Below are positions 32,732 to 46,465 of a stretch of DNA of 64,000 nucleotides, piece after piece; within the stretch, counting starts at the first letter, position 1, and each line of letters starts with the position of its first letter. Below the pieces are notes generated by a model. The model was not told where the DNA came from, made no database searches, and saw nothing but the letters and a program-made list of their open reading frames with translations. The DNA is from Microthyrium microscopicum (Eukaryota). The DNA lies in the NCBI GenBank assembly GCA_010405405.1, contig MU004234.1, forward strand, positions 354,993 to 418,992, read 5' to 3'. The position numbers and the translations under genes were made by a program.

Positions 32732-34562
32732 ATGGCGTCCGAGGATGGACAAAAGCAATGCTTGCCTTGGGAAGATATTGAGCCCAACGCTGCTCGATGG
32801 CACAAGGAAAGCCTGCAGGTACGAACAAGGCTGATACGTTTGAAAAATTGGTTCTCATCAATTCTAGTATTTGGCTGATATATGGCCTGACATCAGCGTA
32901 AGAACAGTAGAAGCGGAAACTTGGGGTGATGAAGTATGTGCTCCGAGTCTTCGCTTAACAATTCGCGCTCAGAACGATGCATTGACTTGACGTGGAAAGA
33001 TCGAGTGCCAACTTGTCCGCTTCGATCATGATAATCAAGAAGCACATCTTTGCCTCAGCCAGGAGAAAATGCTTTCCAGACTACCGGATTCAAATGTCTT
33101 TCAGCCAGAGTTTGCTAGATTCATGATCGAAACCGAACCGAATAAACCATATGGCAATTCGCCAAAAGCACTGCTCAAGGTCAAGGACGACATGAAACAG
33201 AGAAGAGAGGCCATTCAGTCTGAGCTAGGCAAAGAAGAAAAGTTGATGACTTTGTCAGTCTTTCCTCGCCTTGGAGTGGATCACTTCTTAGAGCCTGATG
33301 GACAACACCCAAAGGTCAAGGACTACGATGCTACGGTAGCTAATGGAAAATATGGATATGCCATGAACAATGTAACAGCTCGTGCTCGTCGTGCTCGTGA
33401 GATCAAAATACCAATTTTTCAGGACAAAAATACAACGGGACCAAAAAACTTGACACTCAATCACTTTATATATGGTCCTGGAGCTTGCAGTTTGCAAGCA
33501 ACTTTTCAATGCCAGACACTCGACGATGCGCGGAGACTCCACGATCAACTAACTGTGCTGGCGCCCATATTTCTTGCTCTGACAGCGGCAACACCAGTCT
33601 ATCGTGGAATTCTAGTTGATACTGATGCTCGAATAAACCAAATTTCACAAGCGGTTGATGATCGCTCCCCAGACGAGAAGGCGCGATCGCGATTGTCCAA
33701 TCGATGGTCAACTTCGCCAATGTACCTCCAAAGGTGGAATCAGGATGAAAGTCATGAAAATAACTTGGACTCGGAATTGCAAAAGACGAGAGAAGAACAC
33801 GCCGCGATATTGGAGGCCGGTGGTATGGATTCTGTGCTTGCAAAGTTCTTTGCTACGATCCATCTTCGGGATCCCATTTATCTTGACTGTAGGGACGGGA
33901 ACGTCGAAAACGTCACTGGCAAAGCAGTCCACCTTAGTCTGCTTTCCTCATTCTGGAGCCACGTTCGTTTGAAGGTGCCGGAACCAGACGCTCCAAACCA
34001 TGGCTGGCGTGTAGAATTTCGACCCATGGAGCTGCAACCAACAGACTATGAAAATGCTGCAATTCTCGTCTTTCTCAATCTGCTCAGGCAAACACTCTCC
34101 TGGCTAGGTCCCGAATATGATTTCTGGATGCCTTTGAATTTGGTAGAGGAGAACATGCAACGGGCGCATACTCGCGATGGGTTGACTCAAACTCGGTTTT
34201 GGTTCCCAAGTAATTCTTGTGCCACTGGCAATGGTTCTATTGCTGGCTCAAAGCATAGAGACTCCCAAGATATCACTGAGCTCTCAATTGCTGATATCAT
34301 CAATGGTAGAACTGGCGTGATAGAGGGACTACTTCCAACTGTTCGCCGCTTTCTCGCGTCCAATGCCACATTCGAAGATCCACAATCGGAACAGCTAGAG
34401 CCGTATCTAAACTTCATTGAACTGCATGCTGAAGGGAAAATACCCACTACTGCATCGTGGATTCGAAACTTTGTCCAGGCTCATCATAGCTACAAGAAAG
34501 ACTCGAGGGTAGGACCAGAGATATCTTACGACATGCTCTGCGAATGGTCTCGTCAAACTTGA
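32732..34562 (+). CDS. Glutamate-cysteine ligase catalytic subunit-like protein, divergent paralogue (3 exons)
   Basis: Exons 32732-32818, 32868-32933 and 33000-34562 splice in frame. Motifs WGDE/IE, FQPEFARFMIETEP, SLQATFQ, PIFLALTAATPVYRG, GWRVEFRPMELQPTDYENAA, TTASWIRNFV..H..YKKDS. Confidence 0.88.
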
Positions 34563-34885
34563 GAATGTTCGATAGTTGGATACCTTGTCTGCGACCATAG
34601 GAGCGTGATCTAGAGCTCATTAGAATAATAAGTATTGAAGCCGACTATGCGGCGCTGTTATGATGAAGCCATGCTAATCACTGCGTACGTTTTGAACGAA
34701 GGGAATCTAAATAGAATTATCTCGAGCGCGAGCAGTAATTCGAAGGAATATTTCATGTAAAAAGCATGTTCAAAACCTTACAGCACCGTCGCTACGGCTA
34801 GGAATAGCTTCCAATCATGCGCTTTTACCCAATCCCGCCAACTTGTCAACTGAACTCCCTAGGTTTAGTCCATTAGTGCGCTATA

Positions 34886-37800
34886 CACTCCTGCTATGGG
34901 AGGATATTCTTCAAATCTTTGCTCTAACGAGCTCTTTGCCTATTTAAGAATATTGGTATTTATTTATTTTAATAATGCTATCTTTATAGCCTTCGTGTAG
35001 CGTAATATAGTAGTGTAGCTACGCGAAGGGGCTATATATAGCAACCTTTACGTAGTACCTTTAAGAGACGATACCTATTAAATAAGCGCGTTATTAGTAG
35101 TTTAATACGCGTTTCTTATTAATACTAACTAATAGCTATATAATGCACTAAAATCTAAAATTTTCTAGGTACGTTTTAGTTAGGTAAAGCTCTATACTGC
35201 TTTTAGGGTTTTGTTAACTTAAAATAGGTAGTAAATAAAATAGAGCCCTTAATTTATATATATCTAAGTAAAGACCTAGGACTTAAGCTAGCTATTAGCT
35301 ATTCATAAGTATAAAAAGAATAGTTAGGTATATATATAAAATAGATAGAATAAAATACTTAGTATTATATAGCTATAATATATAATTCTCCTCTTTATTA
35401 GGTACTTTATTATTATTACCTCTCTAAGATATGCCTCTAAAAATTACTATACCTTTATAAGATAAGTAGCTAAAAGAGATAGCTTAAAGCTCTTCTAAGG
35501 TAAAGCTAAAAGGTAAGTGTAGTAAAAAGTCCTTCTTCTCCTCTAAGGCGAAGCCCTAGGATGATAGTAGTAAAGTACTATTATCCTTTAAAACTATAAA
35601 TCTCTCTTAGGAGGTTAAATTAGAAAGCTTAGAAGATAAATAGCTAGAAATATTAGATAACTTAGACTCGTAAGAGTAAAGTATTAGTACAATAAATCTT
35701 AAACCTAGTATCTCTTTTAACTAAGACGATAAAGTTAATAAAACTTAAATTATAGAACTTACTTAAAAATAAGTTACTAATAAGGAAGAGTAATAGCGCG
35801 TAATAGCTACTACTAAAGAGGCTGCCTTTAAGGCTAAAAAGAAGCTTAATTAAAAGGAGCGCTAGAATAAGAAAAATAAGGGCCTTAAGGATAAGGTAAA
35901 GAAATTAAAAATTATCTTTAAAGAACTTAAGAACTAGAAAGTGCTAAAATAGCTAGAAGTAAAGTACTAAAAGGCTATTATACTAAAAGTAGTAACGCTT
36001 ATAGATAAAACCTAGGCTAAAGATATAATTATGACTAATAGCTCTAATAATAATAAAGAGGAACTACTTACCTCTAACTAGGAAGTAGCTTCTAAACCTA
36101 CCTCTTTCTTCCTTAGAACGTCCTTAACCTTCTTCGTCTAATTATCCCCTACTGCGGCTAAAGATCTTCCTAGAGGATCTTTTATACTAGCGAAGATAAT
36201 AGATAATAAGAAGAAGCTAAGATAAGATAGCTAGCTAGCTATTTCTTTTAACGTTAAGAGGTAAGCTTCCTTAAGTAATTTAGCTATTAAGTAGAGGAAG
36301 TCTACTCTAGTTAAGAAACCTTTAGGTTCGTTAAGGAATAATAAGGATTACGAACTAGAGTAGTAGATTAGAGTAGAAGTAGGTTTTCCTATATAAATTT
36401 ATAATAAGGATACTAAATAGGATATAGTAATAGATGCGTTAGCTAATACTAGCCTCTTACTCCTTAAGGATATATTAAGAGGTCTATAAGGGGTAAGCTT
36501 ATACTATAGAGATATAGATAACGCTCTAAAGGTTATTAAGAAAGGCTTCCTTTTCTATAGCTTCTTTATAGCTCTATACCTTTTTAAGAAAGAGGGAGCT
36601 ACTACTTTTTAAGCTATTAATATTCTTATTAACCTTACTAATAGAGCTATCTATACTAGGTTAGTAAGCCTAAAGTAAGTAAAGGTAACTTTATTTAGCT
36701 TCTAGTTTATAAGAAGAGAATATTAGGAAGTTAAGAGTAACTATATTATTATAGATTTTAAAGAGCCTCTAGACTTTACTAAAACTAATTTTATAGTTAC
36801 TAATTCCTTACGTAAAGAAAAAGGTAAACTATTAGAATTAGGACGCTTTAAGCTTTTAGTAGAGAGATTTAATACTATGTACCTATATAAGATTTATAGT
36901 AGGGCACTAGAAGATAAAGAAAAGCGTTATAGCCTAATATACTATTACTAACTAGTACTCTATATAGTAGTAATAGTAAATTTTAGGAAAAATAAACTAC
37001 TTTATATAGCTCTCTTGTCTATTATTAAATAAGTAGCCTTAGAATTATGTCCTTAAATATATAATCTATTTAAAAGTCTACTAGGTTCTAGTAAATTATA
37101 TAATTTTTTAAGGTAAAGTTAATAGATATATTATTAATATAAGAATCTTATTTAACTTTAACTTATATTTTAGAATACTAAATGTCCTTCCTTTAAGTAA
37201 GGCTTAACGCTATATACTATAATAGGTATACGTCTATAGCTACTATAGTTAGGAAAAGAATAGTAGACTAAATTACTTATAATAAATCTATAACCTAAGT
37301 AGCTAATAAGGAGTAAGTATATACTAACTTAGGTAGAAGACTACTAATTTATAGACTTAAAGCCTAGGGGCTTATATTAATAATAAGCAATATCTATCCT
37401 CTATTAGCTTATAGATCTTAGAAACTATAGCTAGAACGTTAGACTAAAATACTTAAACGCTCTTATAATAACCTATATTATAATATTATTAGAGAAGACT
37501 AGAACTAGTCCTTACTTACTATTAATTACTATAAAGAATAGCTACCTAAGATTTTAGGGGTTAATATAGAAAAAGAGTTTATTTTATAAATTACTCCTCT
37601 AAGTATGACTTTAATTAATAAATAGAGATACTATAATAAAGGCGTTATTACGTTTTCTTTTAGCGTCTTCTCTAAATAGGAAGAGTTAGATACCTTAGTA
37701 GAATAAGTAGATTTACCTACTAGAATAAATTACTAAATAACTTAAAGCTAAAGCTAGGTACTAAAAGACAAAACTAATTCTAATAATAAGGGCGCGAAAG

Positions 37801-40800
37801 AAGAGATAAAGGCGCTAGAAGTAGCGGATAGTTAAATCTTACGCATAATATTACGAATTAACTAAATCTATATTAGAGATAACTAGATAAGGTTCTTAAA
37901 GGATTAGGATATAAAAAAGGTAGACAAGTTTACTAACTACTATTCTATCTTACTAATTCTATAGGTTTCTTTAGATATACCTTATAGTCCTAGAAGATAG
38001 AGAATATAACCTTAATTACTTAAAGTATAAAGAGTTTATAAGGCTATAGAAGCAATATTTTTTTACTACTCTTATAACGACTTAGTAGAAGATTAGGTAG
38101 AGGTTAAAAACCTTATTTAGGAGTATATAAAACTAGAATCTATAAAAATAAGAACTAGTAATTACCTTTAGAGTTTACTAAAACGTAAGTAAGAAAGGCT
38201 AACCTAGTAAAGGGCTTTTAGCTAAAGGGATAATATAGTATAGTAGCTAGAAGTAGTTAATCTATAGATAGCCTACTTTATAGAATAGAATTACTTTAAC
38301 TATTACTATAACGCTCTAGTGAAGTATATACTATTAGATAAGATACTTATAAAGTATTTTTATAAATATATAAAGGCTTATTATAACTTAAGTATTATAG
38401 AACTAAGTAATATAGCTAGAGACTTATAAATATTAACTAAAGATATTATAGATATTATTAAGGATTTCTACTTAGGGCTATTCTAGTAGAGAAAGTACTT
38501 ATTAGAAGCTTAAGACGTAATATTAAGTTTTATATTAGAGATAATTAGCAAAAAAATAAGTAAGAGTATAATAGCCCCTATTTTAGTTTAGGAGGTATAA
38601 TATATAATACAAATAATAAGCCTAGGAACCTTGCCTAAGATTAATAGCATAATTATAGAGTTTTATAAAACTTTTCTTCCTACTAAGCATTAACTTGTTA
38701 ATAGAAGTAGATAGAACTTAAAGGACCTTTTAGAGGATAAAGAAGAAGAACTAGATAGCATTCTTACTATTCTAAAATAGGTATTTAACTATATTCTAAG
38801 TACTTATATTCTCCTTCCTAGATAGCTAGAAGGTATACTTATACTCTTATTTAAGAAGAGTTCTAGAATGAAGCTAAAGAACTACTAGCTACTATTAGTT
38901 ATAAATATAGACTATAAGCTATTTACTTATATTATAAAGAGTAGACTTAATTAAGCTCTATTAGATATTATTAGACAATATTAAATAGCCTTCCTATTAG
39001 GAAGACTAATTAATAATAATATTTAGATAGTATAGATGCTTCTTATAAGGTAAAGGTATACTTAAGAATATAACAAAGATAATAATTTAGCTATTTTATT
39101 CCTAGACTAAGAGAAAGCTTATAATTAAGTAGACTATAAATTCTTATAGAAGGCTCTACTAAAGTTTAGCTTTAGTTAGGATTTTATTAATTTATTAATA
39201 GCTTTATATAAGGAAGCTATACTCTTTACCTATATTAATAGGTATAAGAGTAATGCTATCCTAGTTTAGAGTAGAGTAAGATAAGGTAACCCTTTAAGCT
39301 ACCTACTCTTTATAGTTGCTATAGAGGCTCTAGCTTAAACTATTCTACGTAATAAAGATATTAAAAGGATAAATATAGGACTTTAGTTTTCTTTAAAGTT
39401 AAGAATATATATAGATAATACTTAGATAATTATTTAATCCTAATTTAAGGTAGAAACTATACTTACTATGCTTAAAGTATATAGTAACGCTACTAGTACT
39501 AAAGTGAATTAAGAAAAGTTCTATCTTATGCTTTATATAGAGATTAACTTTAAAATATTAAATATAAAGACCCTTAAGGAATTAGAAGCTTATAAATATT
39601 TAGGCATCTTTATTAGCATTAATATTAAGAAAGTAATTATAGACTTCTAAGCTATTATTACTAATAAGATAAGAAAGTCTATAGATATTTAGCTTAAAAA
39701 TTATATATCTCTTAGGGGTAGGATCTTAATTACTAATTTAGTACTAATGTCTATAATTTAGTATAGCGTTTAGTTCCTTAATATCTCTACTAAGAGTTAG
39801 AAGGAGCTAAATAGATAGTACCTAAGAATAATATAGGATAATAAGCACTAAGGATTAATTTAAGCTCTAAGTACTTATAAAGAACTAAAAGATAAAGGCT
39901 TATACCTCTAAGATCTAGAATCTATTATAGACGCTTTAATACTAGCTATAATAACTAGAGTAGATACTTATCTAAAGCTCCTATAAGCTAGTATAACTAA
40001 TACCTTAATTATCTATTATTACACTTAGGCTAGCTAGATCTTTCTTAAGCTACTTACTTACCCTTAGTTCTAATACTATAAAATAAAGGTAATTATAAGG
40101 GATCTATCCTTTAAGCTAAAGCATGTTTAAACTAGATAGTAAGCTCTTTATAGAAGTGCTAAAGATAAACGCTTCTTAGAAAGTAGTATAATAGCTATAG
40201 TAAATATATATAGCGTAGATTATATACTTAATACCTATTTATAGTTTTATCTTTACTACCTCTAACTATAAAGCATAAGACGTTAGAATTTAGTAAAGTT
40301 CTAAGGCTATTAGGCTTATAGGATAAAGTACTTAAGGAATTATTATATCCTAAGAACGCCTAGTAGCCTAGCTTATACTTATTTTAATACTTTAGGCCTC
40401 TCTAGGAAAGAGTATATTAACTTCTAGATAAAGATCTTTACTATAGTTGCTAATCTTTCTCTAAGGTAGTAGTAAGCTCTAAATAGGGAGCTAACTAACT
40501 AGCTTAATAAACGTAAAGTATCTACTCTAAAGGAGAGTAAACTTATGCTATAGGATATATTATAACCTCTATTTTAGGTCTTATTCTTATAGGCATATAA
40601 GGCTATACTTTAGACTTAACTTTATAGAGATAAGTATAATTATACTTTAAAGGTAGGAGATATTAGTAACGCCTATTGCTACTTAACTAGTAAATTACTA
40701 AAATTAGGCAGGATTTAGCGCTTATTAAGAACCTACCTAATAGTCCTTAAGGCCTCTAACCTCTTCTAGAGAATACTCTATAATTAAGTTATTACTAAAA

Positions 40801-41659
40801 TAAAAATAAAGAAATAGACAAAGAATCTAGATAGACTTATATACCTAATTTATAATAAGGACTTATTACTTAAATATATTTAGGTATAATACCTAGTTAT
40901 AAGAGTAGTCTAAAGGTATGTCTATTATATTCTATAGAACTTAAGAGTCTCTAAAGAGAAGAGTATAATATTTAATACTCTTATAGAGTTTATAGCTCTT
41001 AGCCTCTTAGGTCTCTTTAAAAAAGATACTACTTTTAATAGAAGCTAGAGGATAATCTTCTAGCTTATAGCTTAGTCTCTTTAGAAAGTATATTTAAAAT
41101 ATTACTTTAAGAAGAAAGAGAATACCTAGTAGTACTTACTTACTATATCTAACTTTTTCTTAGCTATAATGCGCTAATAGATAATAAAGGAATAAGTAGT
41201 AGCTATATTAGTAAAGTTCCCTAGTTTAATACTAAATCTATAGAACTTTAAAGCCTTATAGCATTAGAAGCTAAAGGATATAAGAGTAACAACTAGACCT
41301 TAATATCTTATAGACGTTTATAAGGACATTAGATTAGGCTATTGCTTAGAATTAAGTAAAGATAAAGAAGAGGAAGGAGCCTCTATCTTAATAGAGAGCT
41401 CCTTAATAGATAACTTAGGGAGCGAAAGCTTAAGCTCTAGCTTATCTTAAAGAATATATATTAGACTTATTAAGATATTAGTAATTAAGAAGTATAATAA
41501 TGGAGTCCTTTTAGATATCTCTTTAGTAAATTTTAAATTTAATAATAGGATAAGCGTAAAGTATAGGTTTAATTCCCTATTATTAATATATAGTTGCCTA
41601 ACGAACTCTTCTAAGATACGCCAGAAGGCTGCTACTAAAACAAAAATGATTTCTTATTA
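34886..41659 (+). mobile_element. RIP-inactivated non-LTR retrotransposon (LINE, L1/Tx1-like), apparently full length
   Basis: De-RIP reading: GGDWN endonuclease motif (~37490); NYRPLSVMNADYKL (~38880); ILFLDQEKAYDRV (~39095); SGVRQGDPLS (~39270); YADD (~39408). Flanked by the direct repeat ATTAGTGCGCTATA at 34872-34885 and 41660-41673. Confidence 0.85.
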
Positions 41660-41779
41660 ATTAGTGCGCTATATAGAAAGATTTTTTAAATTATACCTCT
41701 CTTATATTAATCGTCTCTATATTAATCGCCTTAATGAAATAAGAACTAATATTCTGCAGACAGCACATTTATTTTCAAA

Positions 41780-42200
41780 TTTTGAGAGCCATGTATTCCG
41801 CAGCATCAAGAGCAGATGCTCTTCTTTAAAACTCAACCAAGCCAACTTTTTCAACAGTGGCATACACGTCGACAGCTAAAGGAGAAGTTAACGATGTTTC
41901 AAACTCAAGTGGCTGAACTGACTTTGGGCCCATTGAGACACAAGGCTGTCAGCAGTATGATGTTCGCTTATTATGACGGCAAACCTTTGAAAATATCGCG
42001 AGGGTTGTTCAAAGATGGCGCCTACAACTTTACCCAAGTCACCGATGTAGACCATTGGTAGATTGTCGGTACCATTCTCGGGAAAAAAAGCTCTCCATTG
42101 CAAACCGTTATTTGTTTTCATTTGCGATGTGTCAAAAATCCCTTATTGAACTACATGTTACGCATATACCGGTTTGGGCCTACCAACTACTAAGCAATGG
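41780..42200 (-). pseudogene. NmrA-like (atypical SDR) gene fragment
   Basis: LPMVYIGDLGKVVGAIFEQPSRY...HTADSLVSQW resembles the NmrA/HSCARG C-terminal region; in-frame TAG upstream; N-terminus not evident. Confidence 0.45.
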
Positions 42201-42653
42201 AAAGAATGGCTGGTCCAAGGCGCTAGTTAAGCTATAGTTGCTTGATTTGAAGACTTACCTAGGTTAATGCTGGTAGCTTTGGCTATGTTAAGATACTCGT
42301 CCTTATTATAGACTAAATAGAATCGTCGACATCTAATGGTTATACCTGCATCCTCTTTTATGTTTGCTAAGCAACAGCAAATTAGTTGCTTGGTCTGATT
42401 CATGTTTCAGTTTCTTTCCGGTAGCACTGCCACTACAATCTGTTCAAGAGTTTGCCGAAGAGGATTTGGGGGCCTTGAACATGATTGGATGCAATGACAG
42501 CTTCGCCCCAGTCAACCTGCCGCTACCTGAGAGTTATCTCAGTGTACTCAGCCCTTCAGAGAGGTGTATCTAACTCTATTGGGTTAGATAGTATTCTATC
42601 TCCTTAACAACCAATAACAATACTCCTAAATAAATACCTCTCTAAGGGTCTAA

Positions 42654-43273
42654 GAGGGACTTCTGCCGTTTATACTACATTAGCCTTAGCTAAAATGTAT
42701 ATTTTACCTTTTTTAACCCCTTCTTTCATAACTTATAATATAATAACTAATACATAATATAGCTTAAAACTTAGGCCTTATAATCTCCTTATTCTAAGCT
42801 ATTTATCTATATTAAAATCGTTTTTGTGCCCTCTCTAGTTATCTTATAATCTCTTATTAAAGTTTAGTATTAAAAAAGTTAACTTTTTTTTAACTTAGTA
42901 TTACTATATAACAAAAGGTTATAGAAAAAAAAGAACGAATTTTATAGATATATTAAGATATAATCTTTCTATAGTAAGAGTTTTAAGATATAAGATTACT
43001 AAATAGACTTAAATATATATATTAAAAACTATTATACTTTTTAAAATAGTTAAGCTAGACCCCCTTTTAAACTATAAAACAGGGAGATTTCTATAGAGTT
43101 CCTTAGTAAATATTAAAGCTTAAAAATTAAACTATATATAGATATGCTTTAAAATTGTAGCCTTTTATAAGAAAATTACTTATAGCTATTCTAGTTGTTA
43201 AGATATTTAATAAATCGTGAAGTAGGATTTTTTCGTTAAGGCTGATATAGTGTAAACGGCGGAAGTGTCTCTC
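42654..43273. mobile_element. Non-autonomous TIR DNA element (MITE / Mutator-like), RIPped
   Basis: Left end GAGGGACTTCTGCCGTTTATACTACATTAGCCTTAGCTAAAA matches the reverse complement of the right end (GAGAGACACTTCCGCCGTTTACACTATATCAGCCTTAACGAAAA). Flanks AGGGTCTAA / AGGCTCTAA (9 bp, 1 mismatch); AT-rich interior. Confidence 0.7.
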
Positions 43274-43478
43274 AGGCTCTAATTCAGGGTTAGGGAGCGT
43301 TAGCGACCATTAATAATAAGACGCTAACCTGAATTAGAGCCTGAGCACGCTGAGGTAACCTGAGAGCCAGACAGGCCTCACAACTGTCATAAATTCCAGG
43401 TCTCCGCTTCCAAGGATCGTGTTAATATATTTTGCAATATAGCAACTCAGTAGTTCAGACACCAAGTTCAGTTTTCGA

Positions 43479-44717
43479 ATGGGGAATTGCCTCCGACTTC
43501 CTATCCGGCCATCCGACAATGAGGATATCAAAAGTACGAATGCCGAGATAAACGAGAGCGATATAACAAACACCAGTCGCATTGAACTAGATGAAAGCGA
43601 AACCGCAGCTATAGAGCGTTGGTCACAAGCCGTGGACCTTGCTCTGGAGAAAAAACCGTTCGACAAGCTCTACCGAGAGTTGAAGATTTTCTCTCAAGAT
43701 GTACCAAACATACCCAGTCCACTATTATGGTATCTTCAAATGATCGTGGCAGCACGCTATGCTCTCACTCGGCAATTCACGACCTCGAATAGACTAGCCC
43801 GTAACACAGTCGCAGAGTGGTCTTGGTACCAACAAGATCACCCAGACGCACGCAGCCATATCGACTGGGCCCTTATGGTGATTGCCAGTATGGATGAGAT
43901 TGAAGGCAAAGCCCTTGGCGACTTTGACCGGACAGAGGGGTTTTTCCTTCCAGACACATTCTCATTGCATGTTGAATCAAGAGATAGATTCAAAAGAATT
44001 GACATTACGGAGCAATTTCTGGAAGAAAACCTTCGACTGGCGGCTGAATCACTAGCTTATCTTCGTCAAGGCCACTATCAAAGCTCTGGAGGAACGTGGC
44101 TAAATCCGCCATCATATCAAGCGTATTGGGGACCTGATGGGAAGAAAGGGTTGCGGGTAATGCGAAGAGCCCCAAAGACTGATCCTGTTGCAATCCCGGA
44201 GCCTACAGATCAAGCCTCTTCGATCGTGCCGGTCTCTGCCTCTCGAACTGTACCAGTAATTTCCGAGAGCCGTTGTCGAGAACTCGCAGCATTGCGAGTC
44301 CAACCGGTCCCCAAACAGCTCTATCGTCCAGGAGACCTCACAGAATTGCATATTGCTGCCAGTAAAGGAGATGTCTGGAAGACTGCACGCTTACTAGGCG
44401 GGTTACCTACGACGGAAGGTCAAAGAACATATACGATCGACGTTGAGGATGGCGAAGGTACCAACGCTTTACAATATGCTGCTTGGTTGGTCGAATCCTG
44501 CCTTAATTACTTCAACCCGAAAGGCTAACCGACTCTCAGGTATGGACAGACTGGAACAGTCCAGCTTCTCGTTGAAGCTGGTGCAAGCTTTTTGGCTAGA
44601 TCGGATAGATATCCGGGCGCGACGGCCAGAAGTTGGGCATATACCAAAGGTTTCAAGAACATCGAAGCATACCTCAAAAGAAAGGAGGATGAGTTGGAAG
44701 CATTGCAAGCGGCGTGA
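43479..44717 (+). CDS. Ankyrin-repeat protein with MGNC N-terminus and an uncharacterised N-terminal domain (2 exons)
   Basis: TELHIAASKGD; GTNALQYAAW/YGQTGTVQLLVEAGA across intron 44486-44539 (GTTGGT..CTAAC..CAG); stop at 44715-44717. Confidence 0.8.
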
Positions 44718-44956
44718 CATCGGCATGCAAAATTTCTGAGTTGAGATCGAAATTCCACAATCCGTCAATTTTATCGAGCTTGAAACGTACTTGACAGGAA
44801 GTTTTGGGCTGGCTTGTCGGGCAGGTGGTGGGTTTGGCGATGAGGATAAGATTAGCATTGTAGGCTAAGAGAGCTCATATATTCCTGGATACCGATACTC
44901 CACTGTGGACAGCGCCATTTCGAGGCTATACTGTCAATTAGTTGAGGCTGAAATGA

Positions 44957-46465
44957 CTATATGTAACCTTTCTGTAGCCTGACCGCTGTATGCAGTCTAG
45001 CAAAAAATTCTTTCTTACTTCCAGCTTCCGAGCGCCACAGTATCTTGGATGCCAGTTCCAAAGGAGGCAATGATACCAATTTCATAGACTCTTTGAGACC
45101 CGCAAACTTGTACCGTAGATTGGCTGGCCTACGGCTGTATGTATCAGCCCCTTTGGATAATAGTAATTCGATCGTCGCAATTCCTCGATTCGCTCGCATT
45201 CTAGAATAACATGTTGACATTCTTGCAATTGCAACATGTAAAGGTGACGACCAATGGTTGCGGGCATTGACATCTGCTCCTGCAGCGAGAAGTAGACTTA
45301 AAGTGACACTATCTTGTCGTCGTGCGGCAATGGTCATGAGACAGCTGTCGGAATCGCCTTTGCTATAGGCGTAATTCGTATCGACGCCTAACTTTATCAT
45401 GTGTTGCACAACTTTGTTGCGTCCTCCCTGACACGCGAGGAAGAGTAGGAATTTTTTTGCCTCAACATTTAGATTTGTGCATTGCTCCAGAAGGGTATCA
45501 AAAGATTCTGATAGAACAGGGTTCTTGAAAACGACTGTAAGCTGCCTTTCCAGACGCGAATTGATAGGATTGTCAGACAAGTTTGACAATGACAGCTCAA
45601 GGAGAACAGAAGATTTTTGGTTTATGGCTAATTCGAGGACCCATTGATATCGCGTAGCTAGTCCTGAGGTGGTACCGGTAAGTGGCTTCCAAATTTTAAT
45701 CCAGTGCGGTGAATGTGCAGGATCTGCGAGTACTTTTGCCAAGTCTTCTATGCTGTCCGAAGGTAGTGCTACTCCAAATTTGAGTAAAAGAAAGGATATT
45801 TGGGCATTCTTGGACCGCATTGCGTATTGTAGCGCTGTGGAAGCAAAGGGATGAGCGGCCGCACCGTACGTCAGCAACAGCGCAATAGTGTCGAAAGAGT
45901 TGGAACTCGAAACGGCGTTTAGAAGAGGACCTTTGACGACAGTCGAGGCGTCGCTCGCGAAAGAAGGGTGCACGTCCTTATGCATAATCATACGTGTTGG
46001 ATCCGCACCAGTTTCTAAAAGGTGTTTGATCTCCGACAAATTCGGCATACCCCATGTGCTTCTCAGGCTGAGAAGCGTGTCCAGTTCATTTCGAGTTTGC
46101 TCTGAGACTTCAGCTCGTCTCTCTTGTGCCTTCGCAATTAGATCTGCATCTCTTTTGATATCCTGATGGACCCCTGTAGAGTTGTCTTCTGTCGTGGCAG
46201 GAATTGGTGCATCTGTCTCCATAGTGGATGTGAGAGGCAATAAGTCATTCACTGTCAGTGTAGTAAAGTGCTGGTGTTCAAACGCCGCCGTCCTCGATTC
46301 AGCATACTCTCTGGTAACATCATGCCGTTCTGATATAGAATCTGGTTTAGCATGTGCTGTAGAATTCGTTACCTCTTCATTATGCCCAGAAACATCTTCG
46401 TCAGGGCGGGTTTTCCTTTGACTAGCAGCGCTTAACACCAATTTGGGATGCGTTCTATGACTATC
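44957..46465 (-). pseudogene. 3' part (ankyrin repeats) of a gene interrupted by the LTR nest
   Basis: Ankyrin motifs HLLETGADP, LLLTYGA, LACQGG, LLLAAGADVN, SPLHVAI and LLLSKGAD. The ORF runs into the LTR at 46466 and joins the 62318-62969 part in frame once the insertion is removed. Confidence 0.85.
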
